From Mizuhopecten yessoensis (lineage: Eukaryota), in contig NW_018406397.1 in the NCBI RefSeq assembly GCF_002113885.1, positions 1,845,517 through 1,909,516 on the forward strand: a stretch of DNA of 64,000 nucleotides. The letters run 5' to 3'. A model generated the notes under the pieces. That model did no database searches and was not told the DNA's origin. It saw only the letters and a list, made by a program, of their open reading frames with translations. Of this stretch, positions 51,201 to 64,000 are shown piece by piece; position 1 is the stretch's first letter; each line of letters opens with the position of its first letter. Made by a program: the position numbers and the translations under genes.

Positions 51201-51998
51201 GACTCGTCAAATTTGGCTTTTGAAACAGATGGGAAATGACAATTAACAAATTTCCTTTTAATATATTTTGCTTTGTCAGAAATGTTGCTTATATTTTAAT
51301 CATGAAATATATGAAAGAGTTGTCACTGTGCATCTGGTATTCATCACGAGAGACGAAATATTCCAATTTAAGGGAGAAACGAAAACGAACTAACGTAACC
51401 CAGGGGCAGTATATAGTAACGGTTGAAAGCATGAAAACAATGTAGACCCCGCCCCCTTTCTAAATTGCCGGATCTGAATCGAATCAGGCATATATCTTTT
51501 TTTGTTATTTTCACTGTAAACATTGCTTTCTAATCAGTCAACTTACATTGTGCTGTGCAAAATTAAAAATATTATCAAATTTTCACACTAGATATAATAT
51601 TGACTTTATTTTGAACATTAAGACTTGTATACCAATAATTATTGCAATAATATAAATTTATCTTTTATATACAATAATTTTATATGAGTGCATTGTTTTA
51701 ATTCTCATTACTGTACCGAAATACAACTTTTGCTTACCGGTAAATTACGAATATTTAAGACTACTTATATTTATTTAAACAGATAACATAAACACTCGCA
51801 AAAAAACACAAATATCTGCATGCCACAGGTATAAAAAATGTACACGTAAACATATATATGTACGATAATGTAGGCAGTTTGTTTTAAATTTATGATATAA
51901 GTATGCAGTGCTCCTAAAATTATTAATAAAACAGAACCACCGATGCAGATTCATACAGGACAATATTTACCTGGGAGATAATTTTGCTCGTGTGCCAT
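48219..51998 (-). CDS. Cytosolic sulfotransferase (SULT1-like), 320 aa, six coding exons
   Basis: Exons 51971-51998, 51016-51216, 49594-49914, 48944-49047, 48550-48736, 48219-48340, all phase-consistent. 5'-PSB KSGTHW, catalytic-His region LNTH, 3'-PB RNPKDVVVS, YED, RKGEVGDWKNWF. Possible UTR exon donor near 52427. Confidence 0.92.
50837..50927. mobile_element. Tiny TTAA-flanked inverted-repeat element
   Basis: ttaactcattcacccctgaa ... ttcaggggtgaatgagttaa (perfect 20-bp inverted repeat). Confidence 0.6.
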
Positions 51999-53663
51999 CT
52001 CTCTGTGTCGACGTCCTCGGTGATACCTAGAACATTAAGATAAAGATTACCAGGGGATCTGACGTAACATTAAAGTTACGATAGACGGGTCATGAAAACG
52101 ACCTTTTATATCATTATATAATATAACAATAATGGCCTTATCTTGTATTTAACGGGGAGATAAACAACACAGCACTCTATACATGTGTATACAATATATA
52201 TGTGTAGAAATAATACATGTAAGGTACAGGTGTATACAGCAGTATGTCAGCGAATTATGTGCTGTATATATTGCTTGAAACCTTCATGTGTTTGTGTGTG
52301 TGTGGGTGGGTGTGTATGAGTACAATGTAAGTTAGTTCAAGCAATGTCCTAACAAGAGGTTAGTTATAAAACTTGTATACTCAAGTTATAGAAAAGACGA
52401 AGTTAGCTAGAAAATATTAACCTACCTTGTTAACGCAGAGGAGAAATAATGACATACAATACGACCGTTAACGGCTACGTGTACTCCCCCTCATACGAGG
52501 CTTCCGCTTCTGTTTGCACACCCTCGAGCTCGTCACTAGACTTGCGCTAGTCCCTTCATTCGTACAACCCAGGTATGTATTTAAAAACTTTTAGAGATCA
52601 TGCAATGGGCATTTTAACCATACCATAGGTTAGCCTCGCAGAAAAATGCAGTTTTTTAAAATAATGATAGAACAAAATCCTTATACTTCTAAATATAAAA
52701 TCCATAAAGTCACTTTCTCTTGGAACCCCTAATTTCTCCCATTAGCAGGTCATCATTCTTCGTGTTATCTTATCAAAAGGGAGAAAAGACTGACCATAAA
52801 ACCCAGTTCAACATCTGATACCTACCCGATTGTTGCCATGCCCAGTTCCATAGTTATACGTGTCAGAAATAACAAGACTTAAAATGTAGGGTTATCTAGC
52901 AGATATGTTCCATAATATTTTCTTTTGTTGGTGAAATGGACTGCTGCTGCCGAAGAAGGATTCCTTGTGTTATTTAACTCTGTGAGGGGAGGTAGAAAAT
53001 ATGCATTTCTGTAGGTGCACGGGTTTGCATGTCTACATTTAAATTCGGTCAGGTTGAGACTGATTCGAGAGTGTGTTGTGTCATTTTGTTTATAAAGGTT
53101 TGTTTTATTCTAAAAAATGTTTAATATACGAAACACGGGAACTTTATGTTTTTTCATTATACACGACAGACCATATGTAAATCATGCATCATGATATGAA
53201 TCAGTAAAGCAAATCTTATTGAAACTTAAATACACACATGCTAAAAACATCTACATGAATAACATACAAAAGAACATATGCTTCAGTGAATACAAAAGAA
53301 AATAACAATAAAGTACGATCAATGACTCTGACAAAATATTTGTACGTTATGGAGATAAGCCTCAATCTGTACAATAGGGCCGAGATCTGTTCTCTCTCAC
53401 ACATATTGTACAGTATGAGGCTTATCTCTAACTTAAAACATAGCACCCCTTTATTTTAATATAGAACACCTTGATTTTTAATATAAACCTGTCATGTCAG
53501 TTCAGTGGTACAAGGTTCTAGTTAAGTGTCATCTCCAAAACAAATCAAAGTGCTTTGTGAAAAACAGGAAAATTCCATTCCTTCGGGCAGCAGAAAACTC
53601 AACATAAATGCTGCAGATATGTGTTTAACTCTAAAATTCTAAAAAACGAAATTCTGGAATATA

Positions 53664-55143
53664 TACTAGCGGAAAAAAGAAACTGTGCATGCTGAGAATT
53701 GTTATAAAACATGTATTACCAACTGTATATACAAGAAAATTTACACACATGACCGAGTATGTTGACAGTTTTTCCCGTGCAGTTTGCTCTCTATAGGCGT
53801 TGACCAGTTTGCACGTTTTTCTCGTCCAGCCATCCATTTCGACAATGAAAGTTTATTTTTCAACTGTTGGGTCACTCTATTGAGACCAGTAATCAGTAAA
53901 AACAGCATTATAACGTTTTAATTTGTGATTAATGCTATGCCGAGGTTCAATGAAAATGACCGCCTCCGGATTATTGGTATGCTTCAAGCTGGTATGGGCC
54001 AAGCCGTTGTCTCTACACGTTTTCATGTTCATCGAAACACAATCCGGAATTTGTGGAGAAGACATCAACAGTTTGGCCGATGTCGGCGATCGACCTCGTG
54101 CGGGACGTCCACGTGTGACGTCACGTCAACAGGACAACCATATTCGGTTTGTCCATTTGAGAAATCGCTTCCAAACGGCAAGTTTGACTGCACGGACAAT
54201 CAATGGGTTGCTACCAATAAGCTCGAGAACTGTACGGAACCGATTGCGTGAACGCGCTATCCATCCGCGACGTCCTGCAATCCGCCCAGTTCTTCTGTCA
54301 CGTCATCGTGTAGCACGTCTGGACTAGTCAGAAAGGCACCTGTGATTTACTCGACGGGATTAGGCAGGCATTTTGTTTACGGACGAGTCGCGAGTCCACC
54401 TGGATAGTAGTGACGGCCGTTCCAGAGTGTATCGTCGCGTTGGAGAACGTTTCCGTGACGCGTGTGTGGTACAACGACGTTCTTTCGGAGGAGGAAGCGT
54501 TATGATTTGGGGCGGCATCACAGCCAACGGGAGAACGCCTCTGGTGGTTGTAAACGGGAATTTGAACGCGCTACGTTACCGTGACGAGATCCTCCGGACC
54601 CACATCGTTCAATTCGTGCAAGGGCAGCAACGTCACATTACGCTACAGCAGGATAACGCCAGGCCACACACAGCTCGTGTCGCTATGGACTTTCTGGTCA
54701 AGCAGAACGTTGACGTGTTTCCCTGGCCTGCTGTATCCCTCGATCTGTCGCCCATTGAACACGTCTGGGATGAAATGGAGCGCAGATTACGGGCATTACC
54801 TAATCAACCGGTGACGTTGGCTGATTTGGCTGCAGCGTTGGTACATATCTGGAATGCCATCCCACCAGCATTATTGAACCGTCTGATAGGCTCCATGCGT
54901 CGGCGTTGCCAGGCTTGCATTCAGGCAAACGGTGGACATACGAGGTATTAACTTTGTGAACTCAGTATTGACCCCTGCGGTGTTTACGTCACTCCTGAGT
55001 GGAACTTATATTACGAGGAAAATGGAATGCAACTGTTAATAAATAACAAATAAATTGTCCCTGAAAACCTTGTTGTTCTACGTCATATACATTTATTTTT
55101 ATAACACATTTTAGGCATGCACAGTTTCTTTTTTCCGCTAGTA
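53664..55143 (+). mobile_element. Full-length Tc1 (DD34E) transposon with an inactivated transposase (53937-54951)
   Basis: Perfect ~29-bp TIRs tactagcggaaaaaagaaactgtgcatgc with TA flanks. MPRFNENDRLRIIGML HTH, GRPRVT, FTDESR, QQDNARPH, 34 residues to the E of SPIEHVW. One frameshift near 54075 and three stops. Confidence 0.95.
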
Positions 55144-55249
55144 TACGGAATATGCGGAGTCATTTTGTGTCTGTTGACACATTTTCTTGGAATAAATTTG
55201 GTTCAACTAATTAATTCTGTTGTATTTTTTATTGTTAATTGAAATAAGC

Positions 55250-55488
55250 TATTTCAAAACATGGCTGCCTGTATTGTTCTTTTATGTTCTGAGTAGGGCA
55301 TTATAGGGACAGCATTACCTATAACTCTCCCATAAGATACCTGTAACTGTCTTATAAGTGACTGTCCAATAAGAGTCACATATAAGACAGCCAAAGGTAA
55401 CATATGGGACAGTTACAGGTAATGTTCCCATACTAACGCAGTTAAAGTACAGAAAGAACAATGGATGACACAGCTATGTTTTAAAAAT
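55250..55488. repeat. Palindromic MITE-like hairpin
   Basis: Nested inverted pairs aaaacatggctg/cagctatgtttt, attgttcttt/aaagaacaat, acctgtaactgtc/gacagttacaggt. Confidence 0.55.
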
Positions 55489-57014
55489 AAAAATAGTTGA
55501 AAGTGATTGTATTAGATTAAGGTTAAATTTAGTTTTAATAATAGGGAAGCTCTTTAATGGTAACACATGCGTGCGTAAACAGAGCTGCCTCCCCTTTCTA
55601 CCCGTTGCCTTTAAAAAAAATCGTCCGGAAGTAGACGTCCAGTGGGGAAACAGGAAGTGTATCCTTGAAGCAAAGACAAATGGGTTTCAACCCATATATG
55701 AATATCTTCATATAGTGAAAACAATCTTCATGTTTTATTACTTGTTTATTTAGACAAAAAATAATATACATTCTGGGTGAAAAAAGTCTATCACATAAAA
55801 TGTGATACTAACAGGCATGAAACTTCGTTCAGAGATTATCATATCATGACGTCACAACCACGTCACAATCATCGGTCTTCATCGGTTATTTCCGGAAGGA
55901 TGAAAAATAACCGGAAAATTCTGGAACTGATGTTCGTTGCATTTATCTCTTTTTCGGTGCTTCAAGACTTTTGTTTTTTATTTCAGTTTCCACAGGCACA
56001 GAAAGTAAAAATGCGGATATTTTCTGAAGATCTTTTTTGTCATCAACCCGGTTCTGTTGATATTTCTACCGGGAGATATCTTCAAAAAAGAGATCATTTA
56101 AAATTTCATCAACTTTTGATTTTCATATGTTGAGAATATGAGCGAAATAATTAACATTTTTGAATGTCTGGATATAATCTTTACATTATTTATGCATCAC
56201 CACTCATAAAAGAAGCAACGGAAAATGCATTTATGACGAAATTAACAATAATTTTTCAGACAACCAACCAAAGTGCAACGCCCTTTTTCAGCAACGTATC
56301 ACTTTTTCACAACGCGTTCCGATTTGTAACTAGTTACAAACAGACACTGTTATTTTATTTGGCATCATTACCTGTCAAACCTCGGTGACAGTTACAAAAT
56401 TTAATATTCAAGCCGGTGTTTCAAGATGGAACAGTTATTGTGACTACATATCGATATAAAGACAATTTCAGTTACATCGAAGTATTACAATGGGTTTTTT
56501 TAATTTCATTGTTTTAACTACGATCTCTATACATTTACTTAGACTAATCGTCAAATATGTAATATGCACATTGAAACGGAATTGCTACTTTTTTACAGTC
56601 AAACGTGTAACACATTGACAGCTTCAAATGATAATACATGAAAGCCAAGCCAATCACTCACTACCATATTGCTGTACGATAAGAATTTATTGAAATATCA
56701 ATTTGGGCCCGAACAGGTTCCACCAATAATACCGTGGCAAGGTCGGCCCATGTAGTAAACACATAAAAAGTCGTAAAATTGGCGGTAAAATCTGACGTTG
56801 CATGCTTTATGACGTCATAACTGAGCTGATTTCAATGCGTCGAACTTACCCAAATGCCTTACCCCATGGCGGGGCTCGTCCGGCCATCCGATCTCCCGAC
56901 AAGAAAAGTTAAATAATGTTCAAAAACGGACGGGCTGACATACTTCCTAGAACGGACTTTAATAAAATTACGGTTTTGAAGAGGATGATGGCGATTTCAT
57001 CACGGAATGGGAAT

Positions 57015-58110
57015 TCAAGTGACAATGACAAGTTTTATTCTCACAAACTGGTTACAGTATAGAGAATTTACATATACATATTAAAACAATTTACATATAA
57101 ATCATGGTGTTAATGGACAGTGTGAATTCGCTCAATTATGTGTTTTAGAAATTTTACAAGTGAAATTAATTCTTCATTATTGACATAATTAAATAATGTA
57201 TTGAACTTGCAAGTACTGGGTCTTTCAAAATAATATCTAGACATAAATTTTCCTCTGTTTTGCAGTATTTTGTGATCACTACAATTAAACAAATAATGAT
57301 ATTCGTCTCCAATTTCATTCAGGTCGCAAACAATGCATTTTCTATCTTCTCATGGAATGTTATTCCATCTGCAACATTTAATCGGAAATTTATCATTACA
57401 AATTCTAAATTTTCAATAAACATTTGCTAGTCTTGGAGGGAGATCTTACAGGTATTTTTCTTATACTAAGTCATGTTTATAGATTCTGTAATTGGTCCCT
57501 TTAGATGCATTGAAAACATCGCTTCTCCAATTATTAATGAATTTATATTTGAGTGTATGGAAAACTGTATTTTTCAACCATTGGGTACTATGGAAATCTT
57601 GACTTTCAAATATATGTATTAAATTACATTCATTAAGGATATTTTGAATACAATTAGACCATTGAGGGTTATAGTTTATAATTATCTTATACATTTTATT
57701 ACTTAATTTATTAGGTATTGGTTCTAACAATTTGACCCAAAATAAAATCATTCGAACTTTAATATTAATACTCCGAGGAAATCTTCCTAGTTCTCCATAA
57801 ATCATGAAATTTGGTGCCGATATTTTCAGCTCAAGTATATATTTACAGAACTACAAATGCAAACGTCTAAAAGCATGTAATCACAAAACCCCGGACTTCA
57901 CAACCATACAACATGACAGGCTTGATATCTTTATCGAACATATCTAATTTACCGTCAATTGATAGTTTTTGGTCTCTGCATTTAGCAATAGCACCATACG
58001 TTGCCCTTAGGCCCTTATCAATAATTGTCAGATATTTAACTGCGTGAAACCATTTTGAGTAAAATGGACACCCAGGTATTTGAACTTTTCACAACTTTTA
58101 CTTCATTTCT
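57015..58110 (-). mobile_element. Degenerate LINE 3' fragment
   Basis: IYGELGRFP..IKVRMILFW, C..C..EIGDEYHYLFNC knuckle, then aataaa and a (ttgtca)n tail. Confidence 0.8.
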
Positions 58111-59028
58111 GTTATAGGTAAAACCGTACATTTTACAAGCAGACACTAAAACTTCCAGCTATATGATAGTCAACAGGTTATCGGCATTATCTTCCTTAAA
58201 TCCGAATATTCCAATATTGACAAAATGACAACGACAGTCAATAAGAAAATATTTAAATCGCTACAGTGTATGGCTGTTGCATGTTCTAGGCCACAGGTAT
58301 TGGTCACAATAAATGTTTCCTATGGGTTACTATATATAATATATAGTTGAGAAAATACACTTTAAATATGTGTACTGATTTATCACTATCAATTTAGAAA
58401 TTGGAAGAGGAATGGGGGGAAAGGGTTGGGACTAAAGGGGTGAGGGAGCTTGGAGGGGAATTGAGCTTGAACGGAGAAAGGAAGATTGAGGATAGAAGTG
58501 AAACTGTGGCTAAGAAGGGGAGGGGGAGGAGAAGGGGAGGGGGAGGCTTGGATGAAAACTGGCGGTAAGTGGGAGAGAGCAGCTAAGAGGGATATCAGAC
58601 TTTCTACTTCATTAAATATCAATATTTTGTTTCCTTCATCACTCAACAATGAAAGAAGGCCGATCCCTAAATTACTCCGAGATAGAAACCGTCGGCATCA
58701 GTTGCACCAAACAGAGTGGGTACAATGTACTTGTGCACCGTTCCTTGATGTGTGGGACGAGTGATTCACGCCCGTAGCCATAGTAGCCATTAAATCACAT
58801 ACAGTAGCCCCAAGTCATCGTACTAAACCGGAAGTCGACGTAAGCTGTTATTTTTATCTTGTCTTTGTTCCTTATGCTACTTTAGCAGTCTTCTTTCTTT
58901 CGTTTACGTTAGAACATAATGTGTGGCGTGGATCACGGTTTATAATAATACAATTTTATCATTATATAAATAATTGTCAACATTTCCGAAAAATTATCAT
59001 CTTTATCAGGTGTAATTGTACATTGAAC

Positions 59029-62000
59029 ATGACTTTTAACGTTGGGACGTGGTGGCGTAATAATGGATTGAAATACACTATTTTGGTAAGTAAATTATTA
59101 ATACAAAATAATGAAAAAAGTTTCAGTCAACAATGACAAATTTAAAAAAAATCATAAACGATCTATGTCTATATCACAGTTTGAATAACAAAGATAAGAA
59201 CCGATGAGGGTTCTTAATGTCTTAAATGTCATAATGATAAATGAGTTTATTAATACCTATTTCATATGTATATATATAATAAAAAGGGATTAAATGTCCA
59301 TGTGAAGGANGTATTTATATATATATATATATATATGGGTCAAAGAAGTAATATAGACGGCAAAATCNTAGATGGTAAAATCCCATATAACACTTGATCC
59401 TAATGGAGGTATGTCCGTAGGATACGAATTACCTAAAATATTATATGGGGCAAAGAAGTAATTCCAACACACTATTACACACATATGTTATTATACAATA
59501 TATATATATATATATACTCGTGCTGCCCAAATGACATCATTTCATTGTATAATTAGAATTGATAAATGAAATATGGGTTATACTCATTTTAATTAAAGCA
59601 ACGAGTTGGATTTCTATGAACATTTTAATTAATGAGGTTTTACATAAAGTGTTATTTTTATGTGGTGTCGTAGGAGTTTTATTTATGTTACAGTTTTTAT
59701 CAGAACAGACGGGCTAGTTTTGACTGTTGACTAGTATGCTAACAAAGGAACGCGGTGTGTTACCCAGTGTTTAGCAGCATGCATGGTTAATACATTATAC
59801 ATGCCACATAGCTGATGCAGATCTCACGGGAGGCTGCATCTGCTGCTCCCGACATTCATTGGCTGTGAGACAGGGGTCACCAAGTTCACATAGGGTGATA
59901 GCTGTACATGTTATGTTCTGTAGTTGTTAAACACGTACATGCACGCGGTAATATATCCTATTGATAGGTAGGTACACATTAAACCATATGTAATAGCTAC
60001 GTACATGTAAAGAATTTAATTAGATTACCAGATACTCTGAAGAGCCCGCGTATGTGCTGCTTTATCGTTCTATACATATCTAAGGGTCACGCACACCACA
60101 GACTGTATCAATATATCTGTTAAAAACAGACAACGAGTGACATACATTTCATCAATTAAACGTTGTTGCAAGCAGAAAGCATAGTTACCGGAGAATATGT
60201 TACACCACGGAATTAGATTAGATATCTATGTCTGTGGTTATACCTATATTTGGACCTACATTACGGTGTCAAGAGTAATGTAACACGTTTTTGAGGTTGG
60301 GATCAACTTTCGGTAAAAATATCACCCCAATGTTATAGCTACTTGCTACTCATTGAGGTGTTACTTTTATCGAAAGCTGATCTAAAATCCTAACAAGTGT
60401 AAAATTAAACACCTTAGTTTAGGTCCAAATATAGCTGTAACAAATTCTCAGGTCATTGTTACAAAAACCGCGTTTGGAATAATGCTGTTATGTTTCATCA
60501 TTTACATTTTGATATTTAAGTAAACAATATGCGGACGTCACACCATGCCACATACGATAGTAATGATATTGAAACTGATTATGTTTTAGTTAAATAAAAG
60601 AACTCTTGAAGCGTTAGCCTTACTTGGTTTATTGTCTATTTATCACTTAGACGATAGAACATTAAACAGTTGTAGAGAAACTTATAAAGACTGTCTTGCT
60701 TAAAGCATCTTTTACGCGAACACGTCATATAGGTTTATTTTTGAAAACTGGTACAAAATGGTTGAATAATTGCATTACTTAAATTAAAGCACAAAACAGC
60801 CCAAATTGAGACATTATTAACTAGCGATGTATTTGTAAGTTGGTAAAATGATCGTAAACAATTAAAAGGGTTTGAACAGTTCAAAATGAGTTGAACTTGA
60901 ATTTAATATATTACCTCTTTCAATCGGATGAGAATTCCGTCTCCACCATTGCTCCTCGTCAACGCATATGGATGACAATTAGAGTAATGTGTGTAGCTTA
61001 ATCCTTTAATTATAAAGGTGATTGTTCCAGGTCCTGTGGCTGACCTTGTGTACCCTCCTGTTCCGGAACACATACAACACCTACAAATACGACCTGGAGT
61101 ACTACTATGTCCACCGAATACTTGGGGTGAGTTCAACTGTATGGTAAGGCCGAAAAAATATGTTTCGGGTAACTTGGCTGAAAAAAATAGGGAAGTTGGT
61201 GAGGATTTCTTTTTTTGCTGCTGGATTTTTTTATTTATATAAAGAGGGGGAGGCTTATTTTGAAAACAGATATTGCATTACCTTCAGAGATTATAATTAT
61301 TTCCTGCGTCGATTTTTTTTGTATCATAGAATGAAGAAAAATACTATCATTTAAAAAAAAACATTCCGTTTCAGTGTTATTTTTTTATTAAGAATAATTC
61401 AAGTAAAATCGAGCCCATTGGGTATATTTCCGACAATGGTAAGTTTTGTCCTCTAATTTATTAATATTTCACTTTTAGTCACAAGATTTTCTAGAAAGAT
61501 GCATATTGATATTTTTTTAAAAAGAACAAATAATAATTGCAAAATTTTCTTCTGGAATAGCTGTTTTCTTCATGTAATAATCTTTCACCTCCACAAGAGC
61601 CGTGTTTTATTACATTTTTTTTTTTTTTACAATTTTAGTCGTGGTTGTGTATTTCCCGTGGGAGTGCAGCTGTCCTCAACCTGAACTGTGGCCTTCTACT
61701 CCTCCCCATGTGTCGGAGTACTATCACCCTTCTCAGAAAATGTCAGAATATGGTAAGATGCCCTTTTTTCAAAGAAATATCAAAATATGACAAAACATCA
61801 TCCTTCTAAGGAGGTTTCAGAATAAATCATGACGTCATCTTTCACAGGAGTGGTCAGAACGAGGCGAGACGTCACCCTCCTTCGATGGTATAATGTATGG
61901 GTCTCTGGTTCAAGTATTAACAGATCATTATTTCACATTTCCAAATACAAATGCTTAGTTATGTTATACAAATCTGTGATATTTTATCCATATCAAACAG

Positions 62001-63172
62001 TGCCGTCATTTTTTTTTTTTAGATTCAGCTGGGTTCATTTCAACAAATATTTGCGACTGTTAAAGGATTTCATATCGTGTGTGCATACTCCATTGTAATT
62101 TTGGCGGGTAAGTACATAATAATGTTATATAGTACTAATATCTAAAGGCGCGGACTTAGAATCTAATTCCGTGCTAATGGTATATCTTTATATAGGTGAT
62201 ATTCTATCAATGCTGATCAACATATTTAAACTGTCAGTCATCTGAAAAAAATGATCAGGCCACATTATAATGCAATATAGCCTAAGGGGAATATCTGGCT
62301 AAAAATTTGTGCCTGAGGTGTTGAGCAATTAGTCTCGATGTGGCTTATACAGTCCTTAACACTCGATATTATTTGTATATATTAAAGATCAGCATCTTTT
62401 CAAACTTGATGATACGAGTATGTTTATTAAGAAGGACAACTTCATGCGTTTGTTTTTTTACAATCAGAAACCAAAACCTTCGTTTTATTTCAGTCGTACA
62501 TTGTGTGGCTCATGTTTCAAATGCCAGGAATTTCTCGACTAAGTTTGATTTTACACACAGGAAGCTGAATGCAGCCTTGTTTCCTGGACAGGTGAGTTAA
62601 TCCGTATATGACAGGCAAGATAATAATTACGTGAGAGGTCGGGACATAAAAATAACAGGGACCTGAGAATTTGTTACAGCTATATTTGAACCTAAACTAA
62701 GGTGTTCAGAGTCATTTTACACTGGCATATATTATCATTGGGGTTAGCACTTTTACCGAAAATATTTTTAAACCCCTAAAACGTGTAAAATTACACTGAA
62801 CACCTTAATTAGTTTAGGTCCAAATATAGCTGTAACAAATGTGCAGGTCCCTGTGGGGAAAATCAGTAATTCCATTACCAGTTATATTACAGAACAGGTA
62901 AATCTGTTATATGAGGATATGTTCACCAGAAATTATAGCTATGCGTAAATATTACATAACATCACAATGAATTTAATTACCACCAAACAAGTTATTTTTT
63001 ATCGGAGTAATGGTACGTGATATTACTTTACAAGGCAGATAGATTAATAATTAAAGGACAGATAGCCAAATCTGCAATATGCAGACACGCAAAACTTGTC
63101 TTCTACAGTAAAACATATTTATCTATGATTTTTTTGTTCAACAGGACCCTTTCCTAATTATCCTGTGCACAG
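59029..63172 (+). CDS. NOX4: NADPH oxidase 4-like, first six coding exons (gene continues beyond the window)
   Basis: Exons 59029-59085, 61031-61126, 61639-61752, 62023-62107, 62494-62591, 63145-63172 give MTFNVGTWWRNNGLKYTIL-VLWLTLCTLLFRNTYNTYKYDLEYYYVHRILG-SWLCISRGSAAVLNLNCGLLLLPMCRSTITLLRKCQNM-IQLGSFQQIFATVKGFHIVCAYSIVILA-VVHCVAHVSNARNFSTKFDFTHRKLNAALFPGQ-DPFLIILCT. Heme-ligand H-x13-H is present and all splice sites are canonical. Confidence 0.9.
62655..62854. mobile_element. ~200-bp MITE with ~45-bp TIRs; related copy at ~60235-60462
   Basis: acagggacctgagaatttgttacagctatatttgaacctaaact ... agtttaggtccaaatatagctgtaacaaatgtgcaggtccctgt. Confidence 0.7.
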
Positions 63173-64000
63173 GTAAGTCAAACTTTGTAAAATTTACAAC
63201 ACGCAGAGCTCAAGGAGCCAGATAAATATGTTAAAACACAGCAGACGACGCCATATAGCAATATAAGAAATAACTGTGTATTTTACTTTCCTTTGGCGGT
63301 CTGTGTATACCAAGGGCAAAGCGAGATAACTCGCATTACCGTAACATCCTGTTGTCCAAGCAAATCCTCGTTATGTCTCGTTGTATGTGATCTTATGTCA
63401 TCGCTAGCTTGTTGCTGTTATTATATTTAGTAAATAATTTGTTATTAATATTTGCTAAAGATAGTTTTGAATTTCTGTAAGTTATTGATGCACTGTCAGT
63501 GACAGGCAGCGATGATTTATTTTGTATAACGAGTCGCTTCCTATTCAAGGGAGGTAATTTTAATTCATTGATTTTTTATATATGATTACGTTTTATTCTG
63601 TAACTATATTTACAACGTTCACATATCAATTCTATTTAAATAAGATTATAGAATATAAAGCAACGAATGTATCAAACCATTTGAATCATTTAGAATCTTC
63701 AAAATGAAATAAAAAAACTAAATATAAAAACTCTACACACCGTCGTATTCAGGTCTCGGCAATATAAGGGTATATAAGCCGTTTGTGCGGTATGTAAAGA
63801 TGGAGCGTGTGTCCTGGTGACACGTCTGAACATCGATCGCTGAATTTCGGCAGATCTGTCCAGTTTCTGTGTCCCGTTATAGCACACATTCTACATGCTG
63901 GAGCTCCCGTTGCCTTGTCGCACGGTCGAGCTCTGTCTAAATTCGCCCCTCATTGGCTGGCGTAGGGTATACTTGTTCGTTTCCTGTCTTTCAAAAATTC

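Noticed and set aside
56840-56910. Minus-strand first exon MAGRAPPWG with gtaagg/gtaagt donors
   Set aside because: No matching downstream exon could be identified; it may be TE-derived or non-coding.
58389-58764. Pro-rich / Gly-rich ORFs upstream of NOX4
   Set aside because: They arise from a low-complexity purine tract and show no recognisable domain.
59260-59520. Local duplication around (TA)n
   Set aside because: It contains Ns at about 59310 and 59368, so it is probably low-quality assembly at a microsatellite.
61848-61888. Possible NOX micro-exon encoding VVRTRRDVTLLR
   Set aside because: That frame needs a phase-1 acceptor, but exon 3 ends in phase 0. Exons 3 and 4 already join to a loop of normal length.

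Overview
AT-rich eukaryotic genomic DNA with spliced genes. The repeat types suggest a bivalve mollusc (inference, not a database result). From left to right: (1) a minus-strand gene with two giant exons encoding a hydrophilic, tandem-repeat, low-complexity protein, with frame breaks and an assembly N; (2) a repeat-rich stretch with Helentron/HINE-like repeats, a SINE, a ~4.65-kb palindromic element and two long minisatellites; (3) an intact PM20D2-like M20 dipeptidase gene (27400-33853) followed by decayed tandem copies; (4) a minus-strand cytosolic sulfotransferase gene and a pseudogenised copy; (5) LINE fragments, Tc1 elements and MITEs; (6) the first six coding exons of a NOX4-like NADPH oxidase, largely missed by the ORF track. 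The main finding is in the PM20D2 gene. It carries three tandem, intact, diverged versions of exon 2, the exon with the catalytic EE motif and a metal-binding His. Frame arithmetic allows only one of them per productive mRNA. The introns between them contain long complementary segments that could form competing RNA stems, as in Dscam or 14-3-3 mutually exclusive splicing. All alignments and splice models were made by eye; no searches were run.
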